Source: an uncultured Thermodesulfobacteriota bacterium | GTDB taxonomy: Bacteria > Desulfobacterota > WTBG01 > CAIYCZ01 | Assembly: GCA_964594075.1 (NCBI GenBank) | Contig: CAZQKW010000017.1 | Coordinates: 1,290-65,289, forward strand | Length of the DNA stretch: 64,000 bases | Direction of reading: 5' to 3' | In this document: positions 49,813 through 59,557 of the stretch, one piece after another | Layout of the letters: each line of letters begins with the position of its first letter | Position numbering within the stretch: the stretch's first letter is position 1 | The notes under the pieces: model-generated | Databases searched by the model: none | Told to the model about the DNA's origin: nothing | Seen by the model: the letters and a program-made list of their open reading frames with translations, nothing else | Made by a program: the position numbers and the translations under genes

Positions 49813-50185
49813 ACTGCAGGCGCTCATTGCGCTGAACAAGGCTTTCATTCTTCCGGCAGGTGGATTGAAAGGCGCAGCCATTCATATCTTCCTGTCATAT
49901 TTTCTGCGCCTAAGGAAACGGGGGCAATTTGTTTGCCATCCAGGAGAATTTTGCTACAGTCGCTCCAGAAAGCATCGGGCTGTGTTTTCAGGAATTCTTC
50001 AATGCCTGCTGATCTCAGCAAAATGCCGCGGGAATCGTCAATACCTTATAAGACCATTTTGCGGGGGGGAATGACGGTGTAAGGCCTCAGAATGGTTATT
50101 ATTGAGACGATACTGTTGGAATGTCAGAAACTTTACTTGGTCCGATCCGGCTAATTGCCCGGCTTATCTTTGGAGCGGTTCGTTT

Positions 50186-52930
50186 ATGAAATCAAATCAG
50201 ATGTCAGCAGAAGAAAAGAGGTTACAAGAGGCGCGCAACCAGAACGTGCCTTGGAAAAAATGGGGACCCTACCTCAGTGAACGACAATGGGGAACGGTGC
50301 GGGAGGATTACAGTGAAAACGGCGATGCCTGGAATTTCTTCACCCATGACCATGCCCGTTCGCGCGCTTACCGCTGGGGGGAAGACGGCATCGCCGGTAT
50401 TTCCGATGACAAGCAGCACCTCTGTTTTGCACTTGCCCTGTGGAACGGCAAAGACCCTATTCTGAAGGAGCGGCTTTTTGGATTGACCAACAGCGAGGGC
50501 AACCATGGCGAGGACGTCAAGGAGTACTATTTCTATCTTGACAGCACGCCAACCCACTCCTACATGAAGTACCTATACAAGTATCCCCAGGCCGCTTATC
50601 CCTATGCGGACATTGTGGATACGAATCGCCGGCGAACCCGTGATGAGAGAGAGTATGAACTGCTCGACACCGGTGTCTTCAAAGACGACCGCTACTTCGA
50701 CATCTTCGTCGAGTATGCCAAAGCCAGTCCGGAAGACATCCTGGTGAAGATTACCGCAGCCAACAGGGGGCCGGAGGCGGCCGAACTGCATCTTCTGCCG
50801 ACCCTCTGGTTCCGCAACGACTGGTCGTTGTGGATTGCCGAATCATACAGAGCTCCCCAGAAACCAAATATCAGGCAGATCAAAGCACCAGCAGGAACCA
50901 GCGCAGTCGCGGCCACGCACCCGCTGCTGGGGGAGTTGATCCTTTCCTGCGAAGGCGAGGTGCCCTTGCTCTTCACTGAGAAAGAAACAAACCACGAACG
51001 GCTGTTCCCCGGTCAAAAGAACGAGAGCCCCTACGTAAAGGACGGCATTAACAACTGTGTAGTTCAGGGTAATCGGGCAGCAGTGAACCCTTGCAAGCGG
51101 GGCACCAAGGTCGCGGCGCACTACCAGGTCAAGGTAGGCAGCGGTCAGGCCACAGTGATTCGCCTGCGGCTTTCCAGCAGTTCTGCGGACAGGCAGGGCA
51201 CGCCCTTTGGAAAGCAATTTGATCAAGTTTTCGCTGATCGCCTGCATGAAGCCGATGAGTTTTATCGGTCGGTGACGCCGCCGTCAGTGAGCAACGACGC
51301 GGCAAACGTCATGCGCCAGGCCCTGGCGGGAATGCTCTGGAGCAAACAGTTCTTTTTCTTTGATGGAAACAGCTGGCTGGACGAGCACCACTCCAACCCC
51401 TTGCATTTCGGGTATCACAAATCCCGGAACTCGGAATGGTTTCACATGCTTAACGAGGACATCATTTCCATGCCCGACAAGTGGGAATATCCTTGGTACG
51501 CAGCTTGGGACCTGGCCTTCCACACACTGCCGCTTTCGATCGTGGATACCGACTTCGCCAAGGAGCAATTGGAACTGATGCTTCGCGGGGCCTATCTGCA
51601 TCCCAACGGCCAGATGCCTGCCTATGAGTGGAACTTCAGCGACGTGAACCCTCCGGTCCATGCCTTTGCCACGATCTTCCTGCACCGCACTGAACAGGCC
51701 TTGCGCGGCGAGACTGACTTTGATTTTCTTCGGCAGATGTTCAATAAACTATTGTTGAATTTCACCTGGTGGGTTAACCGCAAGGACCGCTTCGGCAAGA
51801 ACGTGTTCGAGGGAGGCTTCCTTGGACTCGACAATATCGGCGTGTTTGACCGCAGCGCCCCGCTCCCTACCGGTGGCCACCTGGAGCAGGCTGACGGCAC
51901 TGCCTGGATGGCCCTATTCAGTCAGAACATGCTGGAAATTGCAGCTGAACTCGCCGCTCACGACCCTACCTTTGAGGACATGGTCGTAAAGTTTACCGAA
52001 CACTTCTGCTATATCGCCGCAGCGATGAACAAGCCCGGGCAGGACGGCATGTGGGACGAGGAGGACGGCTTCTATTATGACCTGCTGTGTCTTCCTGACG
52101 GAAGTTCCCAGAGGCTCAAGGTGCGCTCCATGGTGGGACTCCTCCCACTGTGTGCCACCACGGTAATAGAGAAATGGCAACGGGAGCGCATTCCCCGAGC
52201 AATGGCTCAGATGCAATTACGCCTAAGCCGGATGTCCGAACTTCAGAGGTCAATCCACCCCACGGGTCCTGGCCATTTGGGTGTAGCTGAGCGGGGAGTC
52301 CTCGCTCTGGTCAACCCCGAGCGGCTGCGCCGGATACTCAAGAGGATGCTCGACGAGAACGAGTTTTTGAGCCCCTACGGCATTCGCTCGCTCTCCAAAT
52401 ATCACGCGCAACCCCCGTTCGTTTTTTACGTGCAGGGGCAGGAGTATCGCGTGGATTACCTGCCGGCCGAATCGAACACCGGCATGTTCGGTGGCAACTC
52501 CAATTGGCGGGGGCCCATCTGGATGCCGGTGAACGCGTTGATTATCCGGGCATTGTTAAATTTCTACCTGTATTATGGTGACAACTTCAAAATCGAATGC
52601 CCTACGGGCTCAGGGAAGATGATGAACCTATTTGAAGTGAGCAAAGAGATAGCAGATCGCCTGACCAGAATCTTTCTGCGTGATGAACAGGGCAAGCGTC
52701 CGGTCTATGGGGGAACAGAGAAGTTCCAGGCCGATCCTCACTGGTGCGACCACATCCTCTTTTACAAGTACTTTCACGGTGACAACGGCGCAGGACTTGG
52801 CGCAAGCCACCAGACTGGATGGACTGGATTAGTGGCAAAACTTATCCAACTCTATGGATTGCTCAATCCACAAAAATTACTTGCGGAAGGCAAGGGCGAA
52901 GGATTCATGCGGGAAATGTCCAAGCAGTAA
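50186..52930 (+). CDS. MGH1-like glycoside hydrolase (GH63) glucosidase
   Basis: WKKWGPYLSERQWGTVREDYS, SMPDKWEYPWYAAWDLAFH, DNIGVFDRS, GLGASHQTGWTG. Confidence 0.9.
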   Translation: MKSNQMSAEEKRLQEARNQNVPWKKWGPYLSERQWGTVREDYSENGDAWNFFTHDHARSRAYRWGEDGIAGISDDKQHLCFALALWNGKDPILKERLFGLTNSEGNHGEDVKEYYFYLDSTPTHSYMKYLYKYPQAAYPYADIVDTNRRRTRDEREYELLDTGVFKDDRYFDIFVEYAKASPEDILVKITAANRGPEAAELHLLPTLWFRNDWSLWIAESYRAPQKPNIRQIKAPAGTSAVAATHPLLGELILSCEGEVPLLFTEKETNHERLFPGQKNESPYVKDGINNCVVQGNRAAVNPCKRGTKVAAHYQVKVGSGQATVIRLRLSSSSADRQGTPFGKQFDQVFADRLHEADEFYRSVTPPSVSNDAANVMRQALAGMLWSKQFFFFDGNSWLDEHHSNPLHFGYHKSRNSEWFHMLNEDIISMPDKWEYPWYAAWDLAFHTLPLSIVDTDFAKEQLELMLRGAYLHPNGQMPAYEWNFSDVNPPVHAFATIFLHRTEQALRGETDFDFLRQMFNKLLLNFTWWVNRKDRFGKNVFEGGFLGLDNIGVFDRSAPLPTGGHLEQADGTAWMALFSQNMLEIAAELAAHDPTFEDMVVKFTEHFCYIAAAMNKPGQDGMWDEEDGFYYDLLCLPDGSSQRLKVRSMVGLLPLCATTVIEKWQRERIPRAMAQMQLRLSRMSELQRSIHPTGPGHLGVAERGVLALVNPERLRRILKRMLDENEFLSPYGIRSLSKYHAQPPFVFYVQGQEYRVDYLPAESNTGMFGGNSNWRGPIWMPVNALIIRALLNFYLYYGDNFKIECPTGSGKMMNLFEVSKEIADRLTRIFLRDEQGKRPVYGGTEKFQADPHWCDHILFYKYFHGDNGAGLGASHQTGWTGLVAKLIQLYGLLNPQKLLAEGKGEGFMREMSKQ

Positions 52931-52971
52931 GGTAAACAAATGACGTTGTGCCAAAGGAAGAGCGAAAAACC

Positions 52972-53157
52972 ATGAAAACGGTTTCTTGTTTGTGGTCAGG
53001 GTTTCTGATTTTTTCGCTCGTCGGGTGTGCTGGCATCGGTCGGCAAACCGTATCACGGGACCAGTTCGATTATACAAAGGCCATATCCGATTCGTGGAAG
53101 CGCCAGATGCTGTTTAATAAAGACTTGGCACGGAGATACTATGAAGAGCATCCATAA
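52972..53157 (+). pseudogene. Truncated lipoprotein (N-terminus only)
   Basis: Lipobox LVGC, then AGIGRQTVSRDQFDYTKAISDSWKRQML, which I recognise as the start of a longer lipoprotein family. It stops after 61 codons inside the next gene start. Confidence 0.55.
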
Positions 53158-54342
53158 TTCGAATGAGTCGCCAGATTTTTCCCTCTTTTTGGGAGGACCG
53201 CTGTTTCAGCTTCTGGTGCGCTCGCACCTCACTACCCCAGCGCTTGAACTCATGAACCGGAGGATTATATTTATCAGCCTGTTAGCCTGGCTGCCGCTAA
53301 TGCTCCTTTCCCTGCTTGATGGTAAAGCGTGGGGCGGTTGTAGATTGCCGTTCTTTTACGACATAGAAACGCAGGTTCGGTTTCTGTTCACGCTGCCGCT
53401 GCTCATTGCGGCTGAGCTTCTGGTTCACCGCCGGCTGCGCCTTGTCGTGGGACAGTTCATTGATCGGGACATCATCACTGAAGACGTGCTGCCGAAATTC
53501 AGGGAGGTGATTGCATCGGCAATGAAGTTGCGGAATTCAGTTGCCATTGAATTGATTCTGCTCGTTCTGGTCTTTGGCGGTGGGTATTACCTCTGGAATG
53601 CCATAAGCGCTATAACAAAAATCGGGATTGGAACGGGAACGTGGTATGCAACCGTGAACGATGCCGGCGCACATCTTTCTCCGGCGGGCTACTGGTATAT
53701 TTACGTCAGCAGACCACTGTTTCAATTTATCCTGATTCGCTGGTATTTCCGGTTTTTCATTTGGGCCCGTTTTCTGTGGCAAAGTTCACGGCTTGAACTG
53801 AATCTTAACCCGATTCACCCCGACCGTGCCGCAGGCATCGGGTTTCTTGGCGTGAGCGGTGCTGCTTTTGCACCCTTGCTTCTGGCGCAAGGCGCTCTGG
53901 TGGCGGGACTGATTGCCAACCCGATTTTTTTGCAGGGGCGAAATTAACTGATTTTAAGATGGAAATCATCGGTGCTGTGGTGTTTCTTCTGCTGATCGTG
54001 CTGGGACCGCTGCTGGTTTTTACGCCCTGCTTGATGAAAGCCAAAAGAACCGGCCTGCGAGAATACGGCATGCTGGCCAGCAGATATGTCAGTGAATTCG
54101 AACGCAAATGGCTGCGTGGCGGGGCAGCCGATGATGAACCGCTTATCGGCAGCGGCGATATACAGTCGCTTGCCGACCTGGCAAACGGCTTTCAGGTGAT
54201 CCGCGACATGCAGCCGTTCCCGTTCGGCAAAGATGCAGTCATTCAGCTTGTTGTTGTTACGCTGTTGCCGATACTGCCGCTGGTGTTGACCATGATCCCA
54301 CTGGAGGAGGTAATCACAAAACTTCTTGAGGCGGTACTTTAG
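53141..54342 (+). pseudogene. Polytopic membrane protein split by a frameshift in a T7 run (53925-53931)
   Basis: Adding one T gives ...ANPIFFAGAKLTDFKMEIIG..., fusing the ORFs 53141-53947 and 53959-54342. Confidence 0.75.
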
Positions 54343-54432
54343 CACACGTTACATTATCATGACCACAAAAAGCATTAACTTTACAGAGCCATCAATCTTG
54401 TTTATAATAATAATCAATGTTGTCCAAAAATA

Positions 54433-54471
54433 CGAGATCGCCACGTCCCGCGCTGCTGGACTCGCGATGAC
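54433..54471 (-). repeat. REP/RPE-like palindrome abutting the miniature element
   Basis: CGAGATCGCCACGTCCCGCGCTGCTGGACTCGCGATGAC. Degenerate GTCATT-starting relatives at ~54608 and ~54780. Confidence 0.45.
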
Positions 54472-54580
54472 CGGTTTCATGCCGCGCACGCCCCAGTTTT
54501 GCAAGCGGGGTCAAGAGGCAGGTATCGGAAACGGATAATTATGCTCCGGGAAGCTCCGCCGTGGAGGCGGGGAGCTTCAT
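54469..54580. mobile_element. ~112-bp IS200/IS605-like miniature element, copy 2
   Basis: Starts with the same 20-mer GACCGGTTTCATGCCGCGCA as copy 1. Ends in the hairpin GAAGCTCCGCC-GTGGA-GGCGGGGAGCTTCAT. Confidence 0.55.
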
Positions 54581-54671
54581 AACCTACGGTAAAATAATCA
54601 TATTATTGTCATTGAGCGGAGTCCCGTTTTTAGAAATTATGTAAAAACCAAATGTTAATGCCGTATTTTGG

Positions 54672-54701
54672 ACAGAAATGAATAATATAATTCATTTCTG
54701 T
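54672..54701. other. Perfect 12-bp inverted repeat (terminator or operator)
   Basis: ACAGAAATGAAT-aatata-ATTCATTTCTGT. Confidence 0.5.
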
Positions 54702-55006
54702 ATTTTACCTTTTGGACTTGAGTTTGCCACTTCACTGCCTGTCCTGCAAAGAACGTTACAATGGCTCTATGAAGTAACTCGTCATTCCGATCGTGTGTGC
54801 CAAAGCCCTGAGGTAACGAGAAAGAATGCAATCCCCTGTTTTGGATACTAATGCTGAATCACCCCATTAGGGAGCGGATGCATTCGTGATGCTGTAAAAA
54901 AACGAAAAGCAGTGATGCTCTGAAGTCTGTTTTGGCCGGTGGTTGCTTTCAGCATTATGACTATCCGGGCTTCCGTTGACATCATTAGTGATGATGGAAT
55001 GACTAA

Positions 55007-57061
55007 ATGTCAGAATTAGAAAATAAATTACACACAGAACTCGACGAACGATTGCGCTTCGAAGCGCTGCTGATTGACATTTCCACACACTTTATCAATT
55101 TACCTGCCGAGCACATTGATCAGTCAATCAACTTTGCCCAGCAAAGCATCTGCGAATGCTTTGGCATCGACCGTTCTACAATTTGGCAGCGGCCGATACA
55201 AGAACCTGACCGGTGTCTGTTGACTCACATCTATCAGTCTGATGGTTCGTTGCCGCCCTTCCAACCTGAACATCCGTTGTTCCCGGCAAGAAGCGAATTG
55301 CAGGTGCAATCTGCTGTACTCCCACCATATTATAGGTCAGTTGACGCCAAGACAGAATTTCCCTGGATTTTCTCCCAGGTTATCGAGTGCGGCAAAACGG
55401 TTCTCTTCACAAAGTTCGATGATCTGCCGCCGGAAGCAAGACATGATGTGGAGAATTTAAAACATTATGGAACCAAGGCCGACGTAATAATTCCCCTTGT
55501 GGTAGGAGGCTCGGTCATGGGCTGTATAACCTTTGCCATGATACGGGAAACACGGGAGTGGCCGCAGGTGATGGTGCAGCAGCTCAACCTTATTGCCCAG
55601 ATTTTTGCTAATGCGCTCAGCCGAAAGGTCTCTGAAAAGGAGCTGAGAACAAGTGAGACACGACTCAGCCTGGCAGCAGACTTTGCCGAGATCGGCTTGT
55701 GGTCTCTGGAGATTCCCAGCGGTAAAATCCTGTGCTCTGAAAAGGTTCGGGAGTTATTTGGTTTTAGACCGGATGAAGATATAAACCTTCAAAGCTTTCT
55801 TAGCACAGTGCATTCCGATGATCGCGAGCAAGTTAGTCGTGCTATACAGCAGTCGCTTAGGGATGGCACTCACTTTCAGCACGAATATCGGATTGTGCTT
55901 CCCAATGGTGGGATTCGCTGGATAAACTCCCGAGGAAGACTGAATGCGACGACACCTGGCGAACCACGCCAACTGATGGGTGTATCTTTGGACATAACTG
56001 ATCGCAAGGAATCCGAACGGCGGTTACAGAATTCCTATATGGAGATAAAAGAATTAAAAGAACGTCTGGAAGCAGAAAATATTTACTTGCGGAACGAGGT
56101 CTATGCCGGAGATATATATAAAAACATCATCGGTCAGAGCGAACCGCTCATGCGCATTCTTCACCAGGTTGAACAGGTTGCTGCTACTGATTCAACCGTG
56201 CTGCTCAGCGGTGAAACCGGTTCGGGTAAAGAATTAATTGCCCAAGCCATTCATGATCTCAGCAAACGAAAAGACCGGATATTGGTTAAAGTGAATTGTG
56301 CTGCACTGCCTGCAACGCTCATTGAAAGCGAGCTGTTTGGCCGTGAGAAGGGCGCATACACCGGGGCATTGGCCAGGCAGATTGGACGATTTGAACTGGC
56401 CCATCATTCAACATTGCTGCTTGATGAGATCACAGAGCTTCCTCTTGAGCTGCAGGCCAAGCTGCTGCGGGTGCTGGAGAATGGCGAGTTGGAGCGGCTC
56501 GGCAGTTCCAAAACTATAAAAGTTAATGTCCGTATTATTGCTGCAACAAACCGTGATATAGCCACGGCAGTGAGAAAAGGCAATTTTCGGGAAGATCTGT
56601 ATTATCGGCTCAACGTGTTTCCCATTGAAGTCCCACCCCTGCGGAAACGGATAGAAGACATTCCTCTTTTAGTTGAGGCTTTTGTCAGTGAATTTTCAGC
56701 AAAGATGGGGAAAAAGATACAAACTATTCCTAAAAAAACTATGGAAGCGCTCCAGCGCTATCACTGGCCGGGGAACATCCGCGAGTTGCGTAATGTGATA
56801 GAGCAGGCAGTAATTCTCAGTTCTGGAGGCAGTCTGCAGGTATTAATGCCGCAAAAACCAGATGAAGCGAGCTTTACAAATCAGACCCTGGAAGAAGCTG
56901 AGTATCAACGTATTATAGAAGTCCTCACGAAGACCGGTTGGCGTGTAAAGGGGCCAAACGGCGCAGCAGAGCTGCTGGGCCTAAAACCTTCAACCCTATC
57001 CAGTAAGATGAAGAAGTTGGGTATTCCTAATCTCCGCAAAAAGCACGATATTTCGTTCTAA
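55007..57061 (+). CDS. Sigma54-dependent activator (GAF-PAS-AAA+-HTH, FhlA-like)
   Basis: GETGSGKE, VNCAAL, ELFG.EKGAYTGA, LLDEI, YYRLNVFPI, WPGNIREL, C-terminal HTH. Confidence 0.93.
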   Translation: MSELENKLHTELDERLRFEALLIDISTHFINLPAEHIDQSINFAQQSICECFGIDRSTIWQRPIQEPDRCLLTHIYQSDGSLPPFQPEHPLFPARSELQVQSAVLPPYYRSVDAKTEFPWIFSQVIECGKTVLFTKFDDLPPEARHDVENLKHYGTKADVIIPLVVGGSVMGCITFAMIRETREWPQVMVQQLNLIAQIFANALSRKVSEKELRTSETRLSLAADFAEIGLWSLEIPSGKILCSEKVRELFGFRPDEDINLQSFLSTVHSDDREQVSRAIQQSLRDGTHFQHEYRIVLPNGGIRWINSRGRLNATTPGEPRQLMGVSLDITDRKESERRLQNSYMEIKELKERLEAENIYLRNEVYAGDIYKNIIGQSEPLMRILHQVEQVAATDSTVLLSGETGSGKELIAQAIHDLSKRKDRILVKVNCAALPATLIESELFGREKGAYTGALARQIGRFELAHHSTLLLDEITELPLELQAKLLRVLENGELERLGSSKTIKVNVRIIAATNRDIATAVRKGNFREDLYYRLNVFPIEVPPLRKRIEDIPLLVEAFVSEFSAKMGKKIQTIPKKTMEALQRYHWPGNIRELRNVIEQAVILSSGGSLQVLMPQKPDEASFTNQTLEEAEYQRIIEVLTKTGWRVKGPNGAAELLGLKPSTLSSKMKKLGIPNLRKKHDISF

Positions 57062-57192
57062 GTTCGATATATCGTGCTTTATTTTTACCTTCCTAATTCT
57101 CTCTCTAATCCCACAGCTATCAATAAAAATAATTATTTCAAATAGTTATCAACAATTAAGCCATTTTTTCGCTGCTTGGCAGCAAATTTGAT
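57044..57192 (+). promoter_or_regulatory. Putative activator site plus degenerate sigma54 promoter
   Basis: Inverted repeat CACGATATTTCG-N9-CGATATATCGTG (57044-57076). TGGCAGCAAATTTGAT (57177-57192) has GG at -24 but GA instead of GC at -12. Confidence 0.55.
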
Positions 57193-57205
57193 AAGTAATT
57201 AAACT

Positions 57206-57544
57206 ATGATAATTAGTTTTCTAAAGTTGATACCTCGTTCTAATGAACGCCAGTCAATGATGGAGATTTTTCGGTCGGTGATAAAGCTGATCAAAGGGAG
57301 ACCAGGGTGTTTAAGCTGTGCCCTTCATGAGGCGGATGACATTCAACGCTCTATTATATATATGGAACAGTGGGAAACAAAAGAGGATCTGCAGCAGCAT
57401 ATTCAATCAAACATATATCTGATGATTCTTAATGCCATGGAACTTGCCGGAGAGACTCCGGAAATACGCTTTCATAATGTTTCGGAAACGATGGGATTGG
57501 AATTGATCGAGGCCTTAAGAATTAAGGGACCTCTAAAAATGTGA
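57206..57544 (+). CDS. ABM domain (putative quinol monooxygenase-like) protein
   Basis: GRPGCLSC.LHE, YMEQWETKEDLQQHIQS. Confidence 0.8.
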   Translation: MIISFLKLIPRSNERQSMMEIFRSVIKLIKGRPGCLSCALHEADDIQRSIIYMEQWETKEDLQQHIQSNIYLMILNAMELAGETPEIRFHNVSETMGLELIEALRIKGPLKM

Positions 57545-57562
57545 ATATATAGAGGTCCCCTT

Positions 57563-57886
57563 ATGGATGACGTTGGCATTGATGCGATTGAAACCTCGGT
57601 GGCAGTGGGTGTTGCTATGGAAGCCGGCATCATACCATTTGGTGACGGTCCTGGATCATTGCGGCTGTTGAAAGAAATCGGCGCCGGCAAAACCTATGGC
57701 GTTACCGCCGAAGAGTGGCGCGCACAGGGATGGGATATTCTCCTTATAGAGCATGAGTTCAACCTGGCAGCCGGATTCACCAATAAAGACGACCGCCTTC
57801 CTGAATTTTTTAAAGAACCGCTGCCGCCGCACAATGCGGTATGGGATTTTACCGACGAAGAGATAGACTCATTCTGGAATTTTTAA
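57563..57886 (+). pseudogene. Internally deleted C-terminal AOR fragment
   Basis: DDVGIDAIETSVAVGVAMEAGIIPFGDG..LRLLKEI and EHEFNLAAGF..DRLPEFF..PPHN.VWDFT.EEIDSFW match the 40811-42538 AOR. The N-terminus and the middle segment are missing. Confidence 0.85.
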
Positions 57887-57974
57887 GCTCCGCAGTATTG
57901 TTTATTACCGGCAAGATGCGTACCGGTAAAATTTTTAATAATCACAAAAAGGAGAATGAGCAGCATGAAACGAA

Positions 57975-58790
57975 AGGTTACCAGTACTGCGCAGCCAAAT
58001 GCGATAAACGATCTGAGCAGGAGATATATATGCCGAAGGCAAACAGAAGTTTGATGATATCTATGGCACCTGGTTGAAGACCGGCCAGCGGGTAGCGCTT
58101 GCAGCCGGGTATGGCAAAAACATCTGGGATCTGAATCCGGAACTGGATAAAAAAGTGCACGAGCTTTATGAAGATGGAAAGAAGTCTATATGGGCGGAAT
58201 TTACCACTGAATTCATCAAGACAGTACCCAGTGCCGTGCAGGTTGCCACTCAGGCAAAGGACCGGGAAAACTATATCGTGCAGCCACCTACTGGGGAAAA
58301 GCTGAATGAGCAGTCGGTTGCCACCCTTGAAAAGCTGCGGGAATCATGGGCAGGCAAAGACCCGGATGTGCAGATTGTCATCTCTGACGGATTAAACGCC
58401 AATACTATCATGAGCGAAGGCCAGGTCGTAACATACCTCACTGAACTGAGAAAGAACCTGCAGGAGGGCGGCTTAACGGTTGAGGATAAAAATATTCTCG
58501 TGACCAGCGGCCGCGTGCGGGCTGGTCATCAGGTTGGCAACATCCTGTTCGGTAAATCCGACCCCGCTAAAAAACGGATGGTGCTGCATATCATTGGCGA
58601 GCGGCCGGGCACCGGTCAAAATGCATTCTCCGTGTATATCGCAGCGCCCAAGGCACAGGTCTGGGCAGAGAAGAAGTGTGATCACGATATTGTAAAAGTG
58701 GTGTGCGGCATCTCCAACAAAGGCTTAAAACCTGAAGATGCGGCCAAAAAGAAGGTGAAAATACTAAAAGATATGATTCAGACCAGTTAA
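57975..58790 (+). pseudogene. eutC: EutC-like ethanolamine ammonia-lyase light-chain fragment, no eutB
   Basis: DVQIVISDGLNA, GRVRAG, IIGERPG motifs in 58074-58790. The upstream frame is broken near 58024-58031 and lacks a clean start. Confidence 0.6.
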
Positions 58791-58865
58791 TAGGTACGTG
58801 AATATAAGTTCCGAGGAGCATATTTCCTGTTTAGTTTAAGATTAATTTTAACAAAACTACGTAAG

Positions 58866-59549
58866 ATGAAAGGAGAAGGTATGAATAATATATTAAGACT
58901 ATTATCTGTTGCGGTAATCAGCCTGTGTTTGACCGTCGGGTGCACAGGCCAGAAAATGACGGTAAAAAATTATTCCGGGTTTCTGGGCGATTATTCGAAA
59001 CTGGGACCCGGCCCTGAAGGCGGTGTTGCGCAGCGCTATATCAAACCGGGAGTAAATTTCAAGCAATACAACAAAATCATGATGGATCAGGTGCGCTTTT
59101 ATTTTAAGGATGACGCAGAAGATAAGGGTATTGATGCAGATGAGATGAAGGAATTGGCAGATAGTTTTCACCGCGCTGTTATTGATGCTCTGGGTAGTGC
59201 CTATCCTTTGACTGCCAAACCGGGACCCCATGTGATGCGGTTGAGGGTAGCTATAACCGACATGGAGCTGCCGAACCGGGCAATCAATGCGGTATCCACC
59301 GTTTTGCCGGTAGGACTGGCGCTCAGCACGGTCAAGAGCGGCGTAACTGGGAATGGCACCGGGTGCGGTGAAGTCAGCATGGAATTTCAGATGCTTGACT
59401 CGCAAACGAATCAAGTGCTGGGAGCAGGGGTTGACCGGCGGTCAGGCGGCAAGATTGACAGCATGAGCAAGTTTGGGACTGCTGAAGAAGCATTCAAATT
59501 CTGGGCGCAGCGCCTGCGCACATGGCTGGATGAAGTGCATGGAAAGTGA
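58866..59549 (+). CDS. DUF3313 family lipoprotein
   Basis: Lipobox-like TVGC, YSGFLGDYSKL, LRVAITD, E.QMLDSQTNQVLGAGVDRR. Confidence 0.85.
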   Translation: MKGEGMNNILRLLSVAVISLCLTVGCTGQKMTVKNYSGFLGDYSKLGPGPEGGVAQRYIKPGVNFKQYNKIMMDQVRFYFKDDAEDKGIDADEMKELADSFHRAVIDALGSAYPLTAKPGPHVMRLRVAITDMELPNRAINAVSTVLPVGLALSTVKSGVTGNGTGCGEVSMEFQMLDSQTNQVLGAGVDRRSGGKIDSMSKFGTAEEAFKFWAQRLRTWLDEVHGK

Positions 59550-59557
59550 TAATTATA

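Noticed and set aside
57957-58052. ORF MSSMKRKVTSTAQPNAINDLSRRY.. as a Tat-signal peptide
   Set aside because: SRR is followed by no hydrophobic core and the frame closes after ~32 codons. It cannot be separated from debris of the eut remnant.
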